NCBI RefSeq assembly: GCF_000148385.1
Contig: NC_014537.1
Location: 1,110,001-1,142,000, forward strand
Origin: Vulcanisaeta distributa DSM 14429
GTDB lineage: Archaea > Thermoproteota > Thermoprotei > Thermoproteales > Thermocladiaceae
Direction of reading: 5' to 3'
DNA length: 32,000 bases
Under the pieces are notes generated by a model, which did no database searches, had not been told where the DNA came from, and saw only the letters and a list, made by a program, of their open reading frames with translations. This document shows, one piece after another, positions 9,396 through 17,350 of the stretch. Both the position numbers and the translations under genes were made by a program. Position 1 is the first letter of the stretch, and every line of letters begins with the position of its first letter.

Positions 9396-9404
9396 CTTTA
9401 AAAG
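9396..9404 (+). promoter_or_regulatory. TATA-like box for the 389-aa secreted-protein gene
   Basis: CTTTAAAAG is centred about 29 nt upstream of ATG 9429. Confidence 0.4.
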
Positions 9405-9428
9405 TTAGTGGTAAGAACTTAACAAGAA

Positions 9429-10598
9429 ATGAGGCTTTTTATGAATACGGGTTATGGTTTACGGTGGTTATTAATCGCCTCAGCAATTACCGCAATAATC
9501 ATTAGCGTTTTAATCATCATAGCCCTACCGAGATTATATACGAAACCTTCAACGGCAAATGTAATTAATAATACGGGAAGTACAAAGTTATTAATCAACA
9601 CTCAGGGAATTAACGAGCCATCAATAGAAGTTATCAAAGCCCTTAATCTCACGTCATCGTTAACTGAGGGGCAGGGAACAAAGGACTCAAGCGATCTATG
9701 CTCTTACCTTTTAGGACCTACTAATCAACCAATTAATTTTAATGGTACATATATAATTGATTATGGTGCACGTGGTTACAGCGACTCGCTTGGTGATGTT
9801 ATGGTTGATTTCTGCCTCGTATGGAATGGATTAGTCTATAGGGATTTGAATGGTTTCTCGGTGGGTTATGCTCAGCTTTATAGTGTAATTGAATATTCGC
9901 CAGGTCCTGGCGCGTATATTAAGTACCTAGAGTTATTCCAGGATGCCTATGCCTCATACATGGCTTATGAGTATGGGATGAATAAGATAAGTGCCTCGCA
10001 ACTACCTGGGGATGTCAAATGGGTAATGAATGGTAGTAGTAATTATGGCCCAGGTTACTGGACGAATTATTATTATACGCCATACCCAATGCAGTGCACG
10101 ACGGTAGAGAAGTATAAGACCACCTTAACCCTAGGCTATACAATCCAAGCACCCTCAATCTCCTCTACATATTATTGTTCACAATATACAATATCATTAT
10201 CAAGGGTGCCCGGTGCAATAACGCCGTTGAAGTTCATAGCATTTAATTTGACATGGGTCTTTAAACCTATGAGCAGGTATTGGGCATCTCAGGAAGTAAT
10301 GTATGGTGTTGAGAGTGAGGGTTATACGTATATGGGTCCTGCCAATAATCCGCAATCATTGATGTACGTGATTCCTGTTGGTGCTTCTGTTGTTGCTTAT
10401 AAGCCGTTTGGGTGTACGTATTACCTACTCGGTTTCATACCAATACCTGGCGTATTGGTTGATCATATTGTTTATGACGTTGATTGGTACATATGGGTGA
10501 ACTTTAATGGTTCAATGGGCATTCAAAGTCATGGCATGTACATACCGCCGCCAGGTATAAACAGGAACTGGAAGGAAAGCCAAAGCCCATACATTTGA
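9429..10598 (+). CDS. Secreted or membrane-anchored protein rich in Tyr/Asn/Gly, unknown function
   Basis: 389 aa with an N-terminal signal/anchor (WLLIASAITAIIISVLIIIAL). The mature part is rich in Y, N, G, S and T and has several N-x-S/T sequons. I recognise no catalytic motif. Confidence 0.6.
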   Translation: MRLFMNTGYGLRWLLIASAITAIIISVLIIIALPRLYTKPSTANVINNTGSTKLLINTQGINEPSIEVIKALNLTSSLTEGQGTKDSSDLCSYLLGPTNQPINFNGTYIIDYGARGYSDSLGDVMVDFCLVWNGLVYRDLNGFSVGYAQLYSVIEYSPGPGAYIKYLELFQDAYASYMAYEYGMNKISASQLPGDVKWVMNGSSNYGPGYWTNYYYTPYPMQCTTVEKYKTTLTLGYTIQAPSISSTYYCSQYTISLSRVPGAITPLKFIAFNLTWVFKPMSRYWASQEVMYGVESEGYTYMGPANNPQSLMYVIPVGASVVAYKPFGCTYYLLGFIPIPGVLVDHIVYDVDWYIWVNFNGSMGIQSHGMYIPPPGINRNWKESQSPYI

Positions 10599-10624
10599 CT
10601 TCAGGGTTTTTATTACGCAACACA

Positions 10625-10711
10625 ATGCCAACCAATTTGGTGGTTATGGTGGTAGGCGTTGTTAGTGCGGGATTACTTATTTTATTTGTTTTCTTAATTA
10701 ATGGCCCATAG
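10625..10711 (+). CDS. 28-aa single-TM mini-ORF; possibly the detached C-terminal membrane anchor of the upstream secreted protein
   Basis: The ORF reads MPTNLVVMVVGVVSAGLLILFVFLINGP*. Its frame is open upstream back to nt 10508, so it overlaps the last ~30 codons of the 389-aa ORF in another frame. Confidence 0.25.
   Translation: MPTNLVVMVVGVVSAGLLILFVFLINGP
10691..10704 (+). promoter_or_regulatory. TATA-like box for the ATPase / 217-aa / NurA-like operon
   Basis: TTCTTAATTAATGG is centred about 30 nt upstream of ATG 10729. No comparable AT-rich box occurs before the two downstream genes, which are translationally coupled. Confidence 0.35.
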
Positions 10712-10728
10712 TAATTCAATCATTGATA

Positions 10729-13700
10729 ATGTATAGTAAGTTTGGGTTTATTGATAGGCCGTTGAATCCCAGCGGAGTTCCACCTATTGAGCGTAGATAC
10801 TCGCCAGTTGGCTTTGAGGGTGAACTTGAGAGGGTTAAGGCCGCGATCAATGCCTTCCTTAGGGGTAATGATAATATTGCCGTTGTCATTGTCGGGCAGT
10901 ATGGTTGGGGTAAGAGTGAACTCCTCGATGCAGTGGAGGCGGTTGCCCATGGGCTTGGGCTTAGGGTTCTAAGGCTTCCACTTACCTTTGGTCTTGACAT
11001 TAACGTGATCATAAACTCACTGCTTAAGGCACGTGGTAGCTCTAATGAGCCCCTGCTCCTGCTTATTGATGAGGCCGATGAGGTTAGTAGGGCTGTTGAA
11101 CTTAGTAATGCCCTTAGCCCGGGCGACGCTGGCAAGGTTAGGGACTTAGTCATTAGGCTTGGCTCACTGATTAGGGCGTTGATCGAGCCCAGAAATTATA
11201 GGGATGTTCTTGGTGTTGATCCTAAGAGGCTTGGTAGGGTAATGATGGTCTTAGCCTTCACACCACAGCTTTACTATAACATACTCAAGAACATGGTGCC
11301 TGACGTATTTGACATAACGAGGGGTAGGGTGTACATGGAGATAGTGCTTGATGAGAGGATGCCCCTATGGCTCTATGAGGCAATGCTGGTTCAGCGCTTC
11401 AATGCCTACTCCACGGATGAAAGGCTTGACCTAGTTAGGAAGGGCCTGGTTAATAGCCTTCACCCACTTAGGCGTGAGTACCTGGCCACGCTTTATGAGT
11501 TAGTGGCTAACACCGAGGGTGGTAAGGCATCACCAAGGGCCTTGGTTAAGTTCACGTCTAAGCTCCTGGACATGGTCGTGGATAAGGGTAAAGAGCTTAA
11601 TTATGAGGTCTTTGAGGAGTTCCTGAGAGGCGAGGTTGCCAGTGGTGAGTTGAAGGCGTACCTGGACGTGATTAATGAGGGGCCAAGTGACGAAAAGGGG
11701 TCCAGGGTATTTAAGGCATTGCTCCTGTCGGGTATTCCCAGGGGTATTAGTGATCTAAGCTCCGAGCTTGGGTTTGACGTGACATCGTACGTTAATGCAA
11801 TGGTTAAGGCGGGGCTTGTTGAGGAGGTTCAAGTCGCCAGGTTTAGGCTTGATAAGGATGGATTAAGCCGGGTCAATAATGAGTTGATTAGATTAGGCTT
11901 GGCGCCAATTGAGGGTGACCTGAGGGATGTCTCGATTAGTTATGGTTCGTATTACACCGCCTATGAGGGCGAGCCAACGATTTACGTGATCCTCCCAGGC
12001 ATTGCTAAGGTTTCATCCTCAGTGAGTATAACTAGGGCATATCAGGTATCGCCTAGGTTACATAGGATATTGGTTTTTGGTAAGGAGCCTGAGGAGGTCA
12101 TTAGGGCTAAGGAGGAGGTTAGCAAGGCAATTAGCATTGTTAATGCCTTTCGTGAGGATTTAGCGACAGAAATTGTTCGGGCTGCACTTGGTTCGCAAGT
12201 AACACTTTACCCATTATCAAGCGCCTGGGTTGGTATTGTGGAGAATCCCCTTGATGTTAGGATTGGAATCATAGTGAGCACTGACGGCGACCCCAACCAT
12301 CTCACCAAGTTATTGAGTAAGGTCATTAATGAGGGTGCAATTACCATAGACGGCCAGGAGAGGTTCATCGACTCTCTACTTGTTATTATAATGTCAAGGA
12401 CATTACTTACGAGCGACATCATGAAGAGTGTTGTAGAGTCAATTAGTAAATTACCCTGGAAGCTGGTACTTGGCCCTGCGACTGATTTCGTGTACTTCTC
12501 AGTATTTGGTTCTGATAAGATCGATGAGCTTAGGTCAATAGTGATTGGTTCTAGGCTTGAGAGGTTGGATAGGGTGCCGAGGGAGTACTCGGTATTTCTC
12601 GAGAGGCTTAATGACTATAGGGATGAGGTACTCGCGTTCAGGGATAGGGTTAGGCAGAGGGCTCTTCAGTATACGATGGCAATTAGGCGTGGTGCTAAGG
12701 AGTCGAAGGATGCCGTGATTAGGAGGATTGTTGAGGCTTGGGTTAAGGGTGAAGGCCTTGAGGATCAACCTGAGGTCTTTAGGGATGAGAGTGGTAAGGC
12801 CAGGGTTAGTGCTGTTGAGTTGAGTTTCATAGATTACCTCAGGTCATTGGGTAAGCAGAGCTTCACTGAGAAGGAGCTTGAGTACTTGATAAGGAGGTTA
12901 TACCCAACGCACCTGTGGAGAGAGTTTAAGGAGGTTGATTTGATAAAGTTGCTTAGTCTCAGGGGTTTGCTCCTACCCGTTAATAATAACCTAACCGAGT
13001 ACGCGCCATACACGCCGGAGCTCGTGCCCAAGGTACTCACAATACTTAATGAGTACATGAATAGGCTTAATGAGACCCTCCATAAGCCATTATCAATAAG
13101 TATTGATGAGTTGAAGGTGAGTATTGAGGTTCAACCTGGGATTAATGTGCAGGGTAATGATTGCGAGAAGGCGTTCACGCTATTAAAGGCAGTACCTGAA
13201 ACATCAAGCGAATTTCTAAGGAGGTATTCATTATTCATGTTATGCATCGACAAGCTGGAGGACGAGGTTGATCAGAAGCTTGAGGAATTGAATAACGAAT
13301 TATCATCACTATCATCTTCATTAAACAACACAATTAAAGACCTGTTAAATAAGTTGAGTAGCGCCAGGAGAAGTATTGACGAGTACCTGCCAGGACTTTC
13401 CAGCGAGCTTGATTCAAGAGTTAATGGCCTAATTGAAAGGGTTAAGTCGTACATCCTGAGACTTAACGGGCTTGAGCTGGAGAATATTAAGGAAAGCCTT
13501 CCAACAATACTTGAGACAATCAATTCTGAGGTTAATGGAGCAATTGAATTAATGAATACACTAAAGGGTATTGAGGATAGGGTAAAGGAGTACGTGGAAC
13601 TAACGAGCATTTTAAAGAACGCCTCAGTCATAATCGGTAAGGACATCGCTGGAATGAGTATTAACGACTTTGTAGACGACTTATTACCATTGATAAGGCA

Positions 13701-14154
13701 TGGCTCACCGAATGTGCTAAGCAATTACTTAAATGAGTTGGTGCACGTTATTGAGTTAAGGCGTAAAGAGCTTAGCGATGTGTTAGGTAATGTTAATGCT
13801 TTAATTGATAAGTATGTTAAGATAACGGCATGGCTTAAGAAGAGGATTAATAATAAGTTGGTAAATAAGTTGCTGAGTGGTGCCATCCCTGAGATTCCAA
13901 ATCCATCACCAACGTTTGATAATGCTAAGTACATAAGCGATGCCATTAGGAATGTAGATGAGGTCATTAACGGGATAAGTAGGGAACTTAATATACCCAG
14001 GGACTTACTCATCAAGATTGCATCGCTAGGTCCCAATGTGGGTATTGACGAGGGGTCCCTGGCAAAGGAGCTCAATATGGATATTTCCACGGTAAATAAG
14101 TACCTGGAAAGTATGTGGAAGGCAGGTTTGATTGATAGGAGGTATGTGACATGA
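10729..14154 (+). CDS. Large single-P-loop AAA+ NTPase (ORC/Cdc6-like N-terminal module) with HTH-like and coiled-coil extensions
   Basis: 1141 aa from ATG 10729 (the ORF track starts at TTG 10723). The N-terminus reads FEGELERVKAAINAFLRGNDNIAVVIVGQYGWGKSELL, with the Walker A at nt 10894-10920. The Walker B is LLLLIDEADE (11053-11082). A sensor-2-like GGKASPRALVKF follows. HTH-like segments are GISDLSSELGFDVTSYVNAMVKAGLVEE (about 11743-11826) and, at the C-terminus, LAKELNMDISTVNKYLESMWKAGLIDRRY. A coiled-coil-like stretch spans about 13250-13620. There is no second NTPase motif. Confidence 0.8.
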   Translation: MYSKFGFIDRPLNPSGVPPIERRYSPVGFEGELERVKAAINAFLRGNDNIAVVIVGQYGWGKSELLDAVEAVAHGLGLRVLRLPLTFGLDINVIINSLLKARGSSNEPLLLLIDEADEVSRAVELSNALSPGDAGKVRDLVIRLGSLIRALIEPRNYRDVLGVDPKRLGRVMMVLAFTPQLYYNILKNMVPDVFDITRGRVYMEIVLDERMPLWLYEAMLVQRFNAYSTDERLDLVRKGLVNSLHPLRREYLATLYELVANTEGGKASPRALVKFTSKLLDMVVDKGKELNYEVFEEFLRGEVASGELKAYLDVINEGPSDEKGSRVFKALLLSGIPRGISDLSSELGFDVTSYVNAMVKAGLVEEVQVARFRLDKDGLSRVNNELIRLGLAPIEGDLRDVSISYGSYYTAYEGEPTIYVILPGIAKVSSSVSITRAYQVSPRLHRILVFGKEPEEVIRAKEEVSKAISIVNAFREDLATEIVRAALGSQVTLYPLSSAWVGIVENPLDVRIGIIVSTDGDPNHLTKLLSKVINEGAITIDGQERFIDSLLVIIMSRTLLTSDIMKSVVESISKLPWKLVLGPATDFVYFSVFGSDKIDELRSIVIGSRLERLDRVPREYSVFLERLNDYRDEVLAFRDRVRQRALQYTMAIRRGAKESKDAVIRRIVEAWVKGEGLEDQPEVFRDESGKARVSAVELSFIDYLRSLGKQSFTEKELEYLIRRLYPTHLWREFKEVDLIKLLSLRGLLLPVNNNLTEYAPYTPELVPKVLTILNEYMNRLNETLHKPLSISIDELKVSIEVQPGINVQGNDCEKAFTLLKAVPETSSEFLRRYSLFMLCIDKLEDEVDQKLEELNNELSSLSSSLNNTIKDLLNKLSSARRSIDEYLPGLSSELDSRVNGLIERVKSYILRLNGLELENIKESLPTILETINSEVNGAIELMNTLKGIEDRVKEYVELTSILKNASVIIGKDIAGMSINDFVDDLLPLIRHGSPNVLSNYLNELVHVIELRRKELSDVLGNVNALIDKYVKITAWLKKRINNKLVNKLLSGAIPEIPNPSPTFDNAKYISDAIRNVDEVINGISRELNIPRDLLIKIASLGPNVGIDEGSLAKELNMDISTVNKYLESMWKAGLIDRRYVT

Positions 14155-14164
14155 GGTGATAATA

Positions 14165-14818
14165 ATGAAGGTGGCAGTTCTTGGATTGGGGAGGAATTGC
14201 GTGGATAATGAGGTATTTAGTTGCGGTGATGTCAGTGATGCATCAGTGATTATTGACTTAAATGGTAGTCTTAAGTCATTGGATGTTAAAGCCCAGTTAA
14301 TAGTGTTAACAAGCCCTGAGTCCCTTGTGACTATTAAGAGGTATGTAGTTGATGAGATCGCCATCGGTAATTCCGTATTAAGGACTTTAATAGGTCTTGG
14401 AGAGCTTGAGGGTGATGCCGTCATTAAGGGTGTTAGGGGTGAGGTATTTGGTGTTTCACTGGGTGGTAAGGTCATACTCTTCGCAAGGCCGTTGCTCATC
14501 TACTTAGTCCATGACCCTGAACCACTCATCAACGAGTTGAAGCTCCTGCTTAGTAATGCCCCACCAGGTATCAGCGTTGAGGATGTGGTTAGGGAGTTAA
14601 CGTCCTTAATAATATCTGAGAGGCGTAGTAAGAAGGTTTCACGTACATTGGCCTACCTGGAGGAGTTTCTCCAGGATAACGATGTTAGTAAGTTACCACC
14701 CTACATACTCGACTTACTAACCAGTGTTGGCGCTGTGCAGGGTGATAGGGTTAATAGGGAATTGATTGAGAGAATAATTAATGAGGTGAAGGCTAGGATA
14801 TACCCGAGGAGGAGTTAG
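14165..14818 (+). CDS. Hypothetical protein, middle gene of the ATPase/NurA-like operon
   Basis: 217 aa from ATG 14165 (the ORF track starts at GTG 14156). GAGGTGA lies directly upstream, and the ATG is 10 nt after the ATPase stop (TGA 14152-14154). I recognise no motif; the N-terminus MKVAVLGLGRN is only superficially Rossmann-like. Confidence 0.6.
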   Translation: MKVAVLGLGRNCVDNEVFSCGDVSDASVIIDLNGSLKSLDVKAQLIVLTSPESLVTIKRYVVDEIAIGNSVLRTLIGLGELEGDAVIKGVRGEVFGVSLGGKVILFARPLLIYLVHDPEPLINELKLLLSNAPPGISVEDVVRELTSLIISERRSKKVSRTLAYLEEFLQDNDVSKLPPYILDLLTSVGAVQGDRVNRELIERIINEVKARIYPRRS

Positions 14819-14819
14819 G

Positions 14820-15743
14820 ATGTTTAATGACGTAATAGTAAACATGCTTGAGCTCATCGAGACCAGGATTGCCCAGATGAGAGATAGGGCCCTAGAACTA
14901 CTTAACAGTGCCAGTAATTTCATGAGCTACGTAATCGAGGTTGCGCCTAGCCGTGAGTTCACGAGGTTCATAGCCGTTGACTCCGGGTTCACTGAGATAA
15001 CGTATCTAGGCTTTAGAATAGCCGTCATTAACGTAGCCTTACTAATGAATGTTGATGGTAAAGGACACGTAATAAATAGGTTCGATGCGCTACTTGGAAT
15101 TTCCAGTGAGGAATTAGAGAGAATAGCCCTGGACATGGAGGCCCAATACGCACTGGAATACTCAAGGTCCTTCCCCGTAGATATTGTGTTACTTGATGGG
15201 GCATTGATGGGGAGGAACTACGTGAATAGGTTCAGCACTCCACTGCTTGCCCATGTTAAGGATGTCAAGGGTGATAGGTATTCGCAGGGGATAGCTGATG
15301 ATGAGTTTAGGAATTACGTCAATAGGGCGTTGCAGATAATGGAGGAGCCATTAGTGATGCATATGATTATGGAGACCTACAGAGCAAGGAATAGGTCAAT
15401 TAATGCCCTGGTTACTAAGCCCTACGTTGTTGGTAGGGTTGGTGATAAGGAGGTTTATGGATTCTACGTTCAATACCTACCAGAGACCTTGCCGATATAT
15501 ACCGAGTACGTTGGTGATCCAGGCGTGATTAGGCAGGTAGTATCACGTATAGCTCCATTATCCACGATGCCGAGACTCGGGTACCCAGCCCCATTATACA
15601 TCGTCGATAGGATTGCCAAGGTGAATGCGGACTTTAAGGGGATGGTCAGGTTAATAATGGAGAAGTTAGGTGGCGAGGTTTTAAGTGAGTTGAGGGGTAT
15701 GTACCTAAAGATAGGGCTTAATGAGTACGTGAAAAGTAAGTAG
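14820..15743 (+). CDS. NurA-like nuclease (RNase H-like fold)
   Basis: 307 aa. The ATG lies 1 nt after the upstream TAG (14816-14818), preceded by GGAGGAG. The NurA-type motif order is present: FIAVDSGF (Asp codon 14979-14981), LDMEAQYALE, IVLLDGALMG (Asp codon 15195-15197), and C-terminal LGYPAPLYIVDRIAKV. Confidence 0.6.
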   Translation: MFNDVIVNMLELIETRIAQMRDRALELLNSASNFMSYVIEVAPSREFTRFIAVDSGFTEITYLGFRIAVINVALLMNVDGKGHVINRFDALLGISSEELERIALDMEAQYALEYSRSFPVDIVLLDGALMGRNYVNRFSTPLLAHVKDVKGDRYSQGIADDEFRNYVNRALQIMEEPLVMHMIMETYRARNRSINALVTKPYVVGRVGDKEVYGFYVQYLPETLPIYTEYVGDPGVIRQVVSRIAPLSTMPRLGYPAPLYIVDRIAKVNADFKGMVRLIMEKLGGEVLSELRGMYLKIGLNEYVKSK

Positions 15744-15946
15744 TGATGAGGTAATAGGCGTTACGGTGAGGATTGGTCATCCCGGGTTCATCTCATCAAA
15801 GCAAGTGCTCAGCAGCGTCCTCGACCTAATCATCGAATGTAATGTGTTTTCCCAGTAATTTAACTCTTTATTTCCATAATGACCATTAAGCAAATAAAGT
15901 GCTAAAGGCTTTGTTTTGTTGGATGCTGATATACATTGTGCGTGCA

Positions 15947-16288
15947 ATGAACGAGCTTAGGAGGTGCCTTGCCCTTTATGATGAGTTTGAGTGCTCGGCA
16001 TACCTCAATAGGACCTATGGTACCTGGATGGTTAGGCTCAGTAATGATGAGGCTAATGTGATCCTTAATGAGGCATCCAAGTCATGCACGCAGGTTGAGA
16101 GTAGCTTCCTTTATTGTGTGTTCTGTGTTGGTTCGCAGTGTAGTATGGAGCCTTCAGAATCCGTGAGTAGGTACATTATTGATTGTCTCGATAAACTCAA
16201 TATTAGGCAGGGTGTAAAGGATGCTTTGAGGAGTATTCTTAATAAGGCCGTGGAGATTAATTCTGAAGTGGCGTGTACCGGTGAGTGA
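15947..16288 (+). CDS. Small Cys-rich protein, unknown function
   Basis: 113 aa from ATG 15947 (the ORF track starts at GTG 15899; ATG 15923 is also possible). It has 8 Cys, including CVFCVGSQC (C-x2-C-x4-C). Its stop lies 3 nt before the next gene's ATG. Confidence 0.4.
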   Translation: MNELRRCLALYDEFECSAYLNRTYGTWMVRLSNDEANVILNEASKSCTQVESSFLYCVFCVGSQCSMEPSESVSRYIIDCLDKLNIRQGVKDALRSILNKAVEINSEVACTGE

Positions 16289-16291
16289 TTT

Positions 16292-17350
16292 ATGCTTAGG
16301 CAGGTGATCTTTGGAGGCGTCTTCGATAAATTACCGCAGGGCATTTACAGGAGGTGGTTTGTTTATCAAATGAGGGTTTCCCAGGCGTTAATAATTCTCT
16401 CCATGGCATCGTTCATAATCGGTTCGGCTGTTTTGGCACTGAGGTATGGACGACTACATGGGGATTTGATGCTCGGTGGCTTAATACTATTCTACGTCGG
16501 CATAATGTTCAGCCAACACCCTGGCTTCACGAGGGTTATGCCAAGCCCATTCGCGTCAGTGTTGATTGGCTTATTAACCATTGCGTGGTTCGTGACCTAC
16601 ACATTAGGTGTGTGGTTTAGCTGGATTATGGGTATTATCTTAGCACTATACTATGCATTGCTATTGATTATCAGGGGTGGTCTTGGCAGAAAACCACTTT
16701 ACTGGCCCAACACATTCTTCCTGAGTGGCTTGATTAGTCTCATGATCGCCTTATACCTAGGTGGTTTTAGGCTAGTGGTATTCCCTGTGGCATCCATTGT
16801 TAGTCTCATTAGGCGTGTTGAGAGTAGGCAAAGGCCCATTTACGCCATTGATATTCCATACGCAGTCCTACTCCCAGTAATGACGTACTACCTTAATAAC
16901 TCAATAGACCTAGCGGTTTTCTCATTATTCACGTTAATAGCCATTGGGGTACCCAGGAGGTTTGGGCCTGCATTCAAGACCACATATTCGAGGACGTACC
17001 CCATTGGTTCATCACTCGGTAGGGCTATGTTAATAATCACCGCTATCCTGGCATTAATTGGGGTTCCACTGGGCGACGTCATTCACGCGCTTTTCATAGG
17101 CTTCATAGCCGTGATAATGTCCTCACTCTGCATACCAATGCTCAACCCAGGGATACTCTGGTTCTCAATGAGGCGCTATGGCATTGTGGGCTTCGAAATA
17201 CCAACGCTCCTCTTCATATCAGCCATACTAAGGGCGGTTTATTACCTAGTCGGTCCCCAATTAATCGCTGCGTCCTTAATCCTCGTATTAATAGCGTATA
17301 TCGAGGTTGCCGCGTCTTACCTGAGTGGTGAGAGGGTTAAGGTGCTCTAA
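16292..17350 (+). CDS. Polytopic membrane protein, unknown function
   Basis: 352 aa with about 9-10 hydrophobic segments and no recognisable transporter motif. It is coupled to the upstream Cys-rich ORF (TGA TTT ATG). Confidence 0.6.
   Translation: MLRQVIFGGVFDKLPQGIYRRWFVYQMRVSQALIILSMASFIIGSAVLALRYGRLHGDLMLGGLILFYVGIMFSQHPGFTRVMPSPFASVLIGLLTIAWFVTYTLGVWFSWIMGIILALYYALLLIIRGGLGRKPLYWPNTFFLSGLISLMIALYLGGFRLVVFPVASIVSLIRRVESRQRPIYAIDIPYAVLLPVMTYYLNNSIDLAVFSLFTLIAIGVPRRFGPAFKTTYSRTYPIGSSLGRAMLIITAILALIGVPLGDVIHALFIGFIAVIMSSLCIPMLNPGILWFSMRRYGIVGFEIPTLLFISAILRAVYYLVGPQLIAASLILVLIAYIEVAASYLSGERVKVL

Noticed and set aside
10716-11153. 145-aa and 76-aa minus-strand ORFs plus a 61-aa + strand ORF overlapping the 5' end of the large ATPase gene
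   Set aside because: These are shadow frames over the Walker A and Walker B coding region, with low-complexity Ser/Leu composition.
13272-14499. Three minus-strand ORFs of 121-157 aa (13272-13724, 13725-14090, 14026-14499) antisense to the large ATPase and the 217-aa gene
   Set aside because: They are Ser/Leu/Thr-rich mirror frames of well-supported + strand genes, with no motifs. The + strand genes show clear ATPase motifs and operon coupling.
15742-15810. GUGAUGA (C-box-like) just after the NurA-like stop, suggesting a possible C/D box sRNA
   Set aside because: No CUGA D or D' box occurs in the following ~70 nt, and there is no terminal-stem complementarity. The heptamer overlaps the stop-codon context (TAG TGA TGA).
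16354-16620. 88-aa alternative-frame + strand ORF inside the 352-aa membrane-protein gene
   Set aside because: The overlapping main frame encodes coherent TM helices over its whole length. The alternative frame has no features and an odd Trp/His/Cys-rich composition.
17337-17350. 14-nt convergent 3'-3' overlap between the membrane-protein gene and the DUF99-like gene
   Set aside because: Short convergent overlaps are common in compact archaeal genomes, and I see no associated structure or motif.
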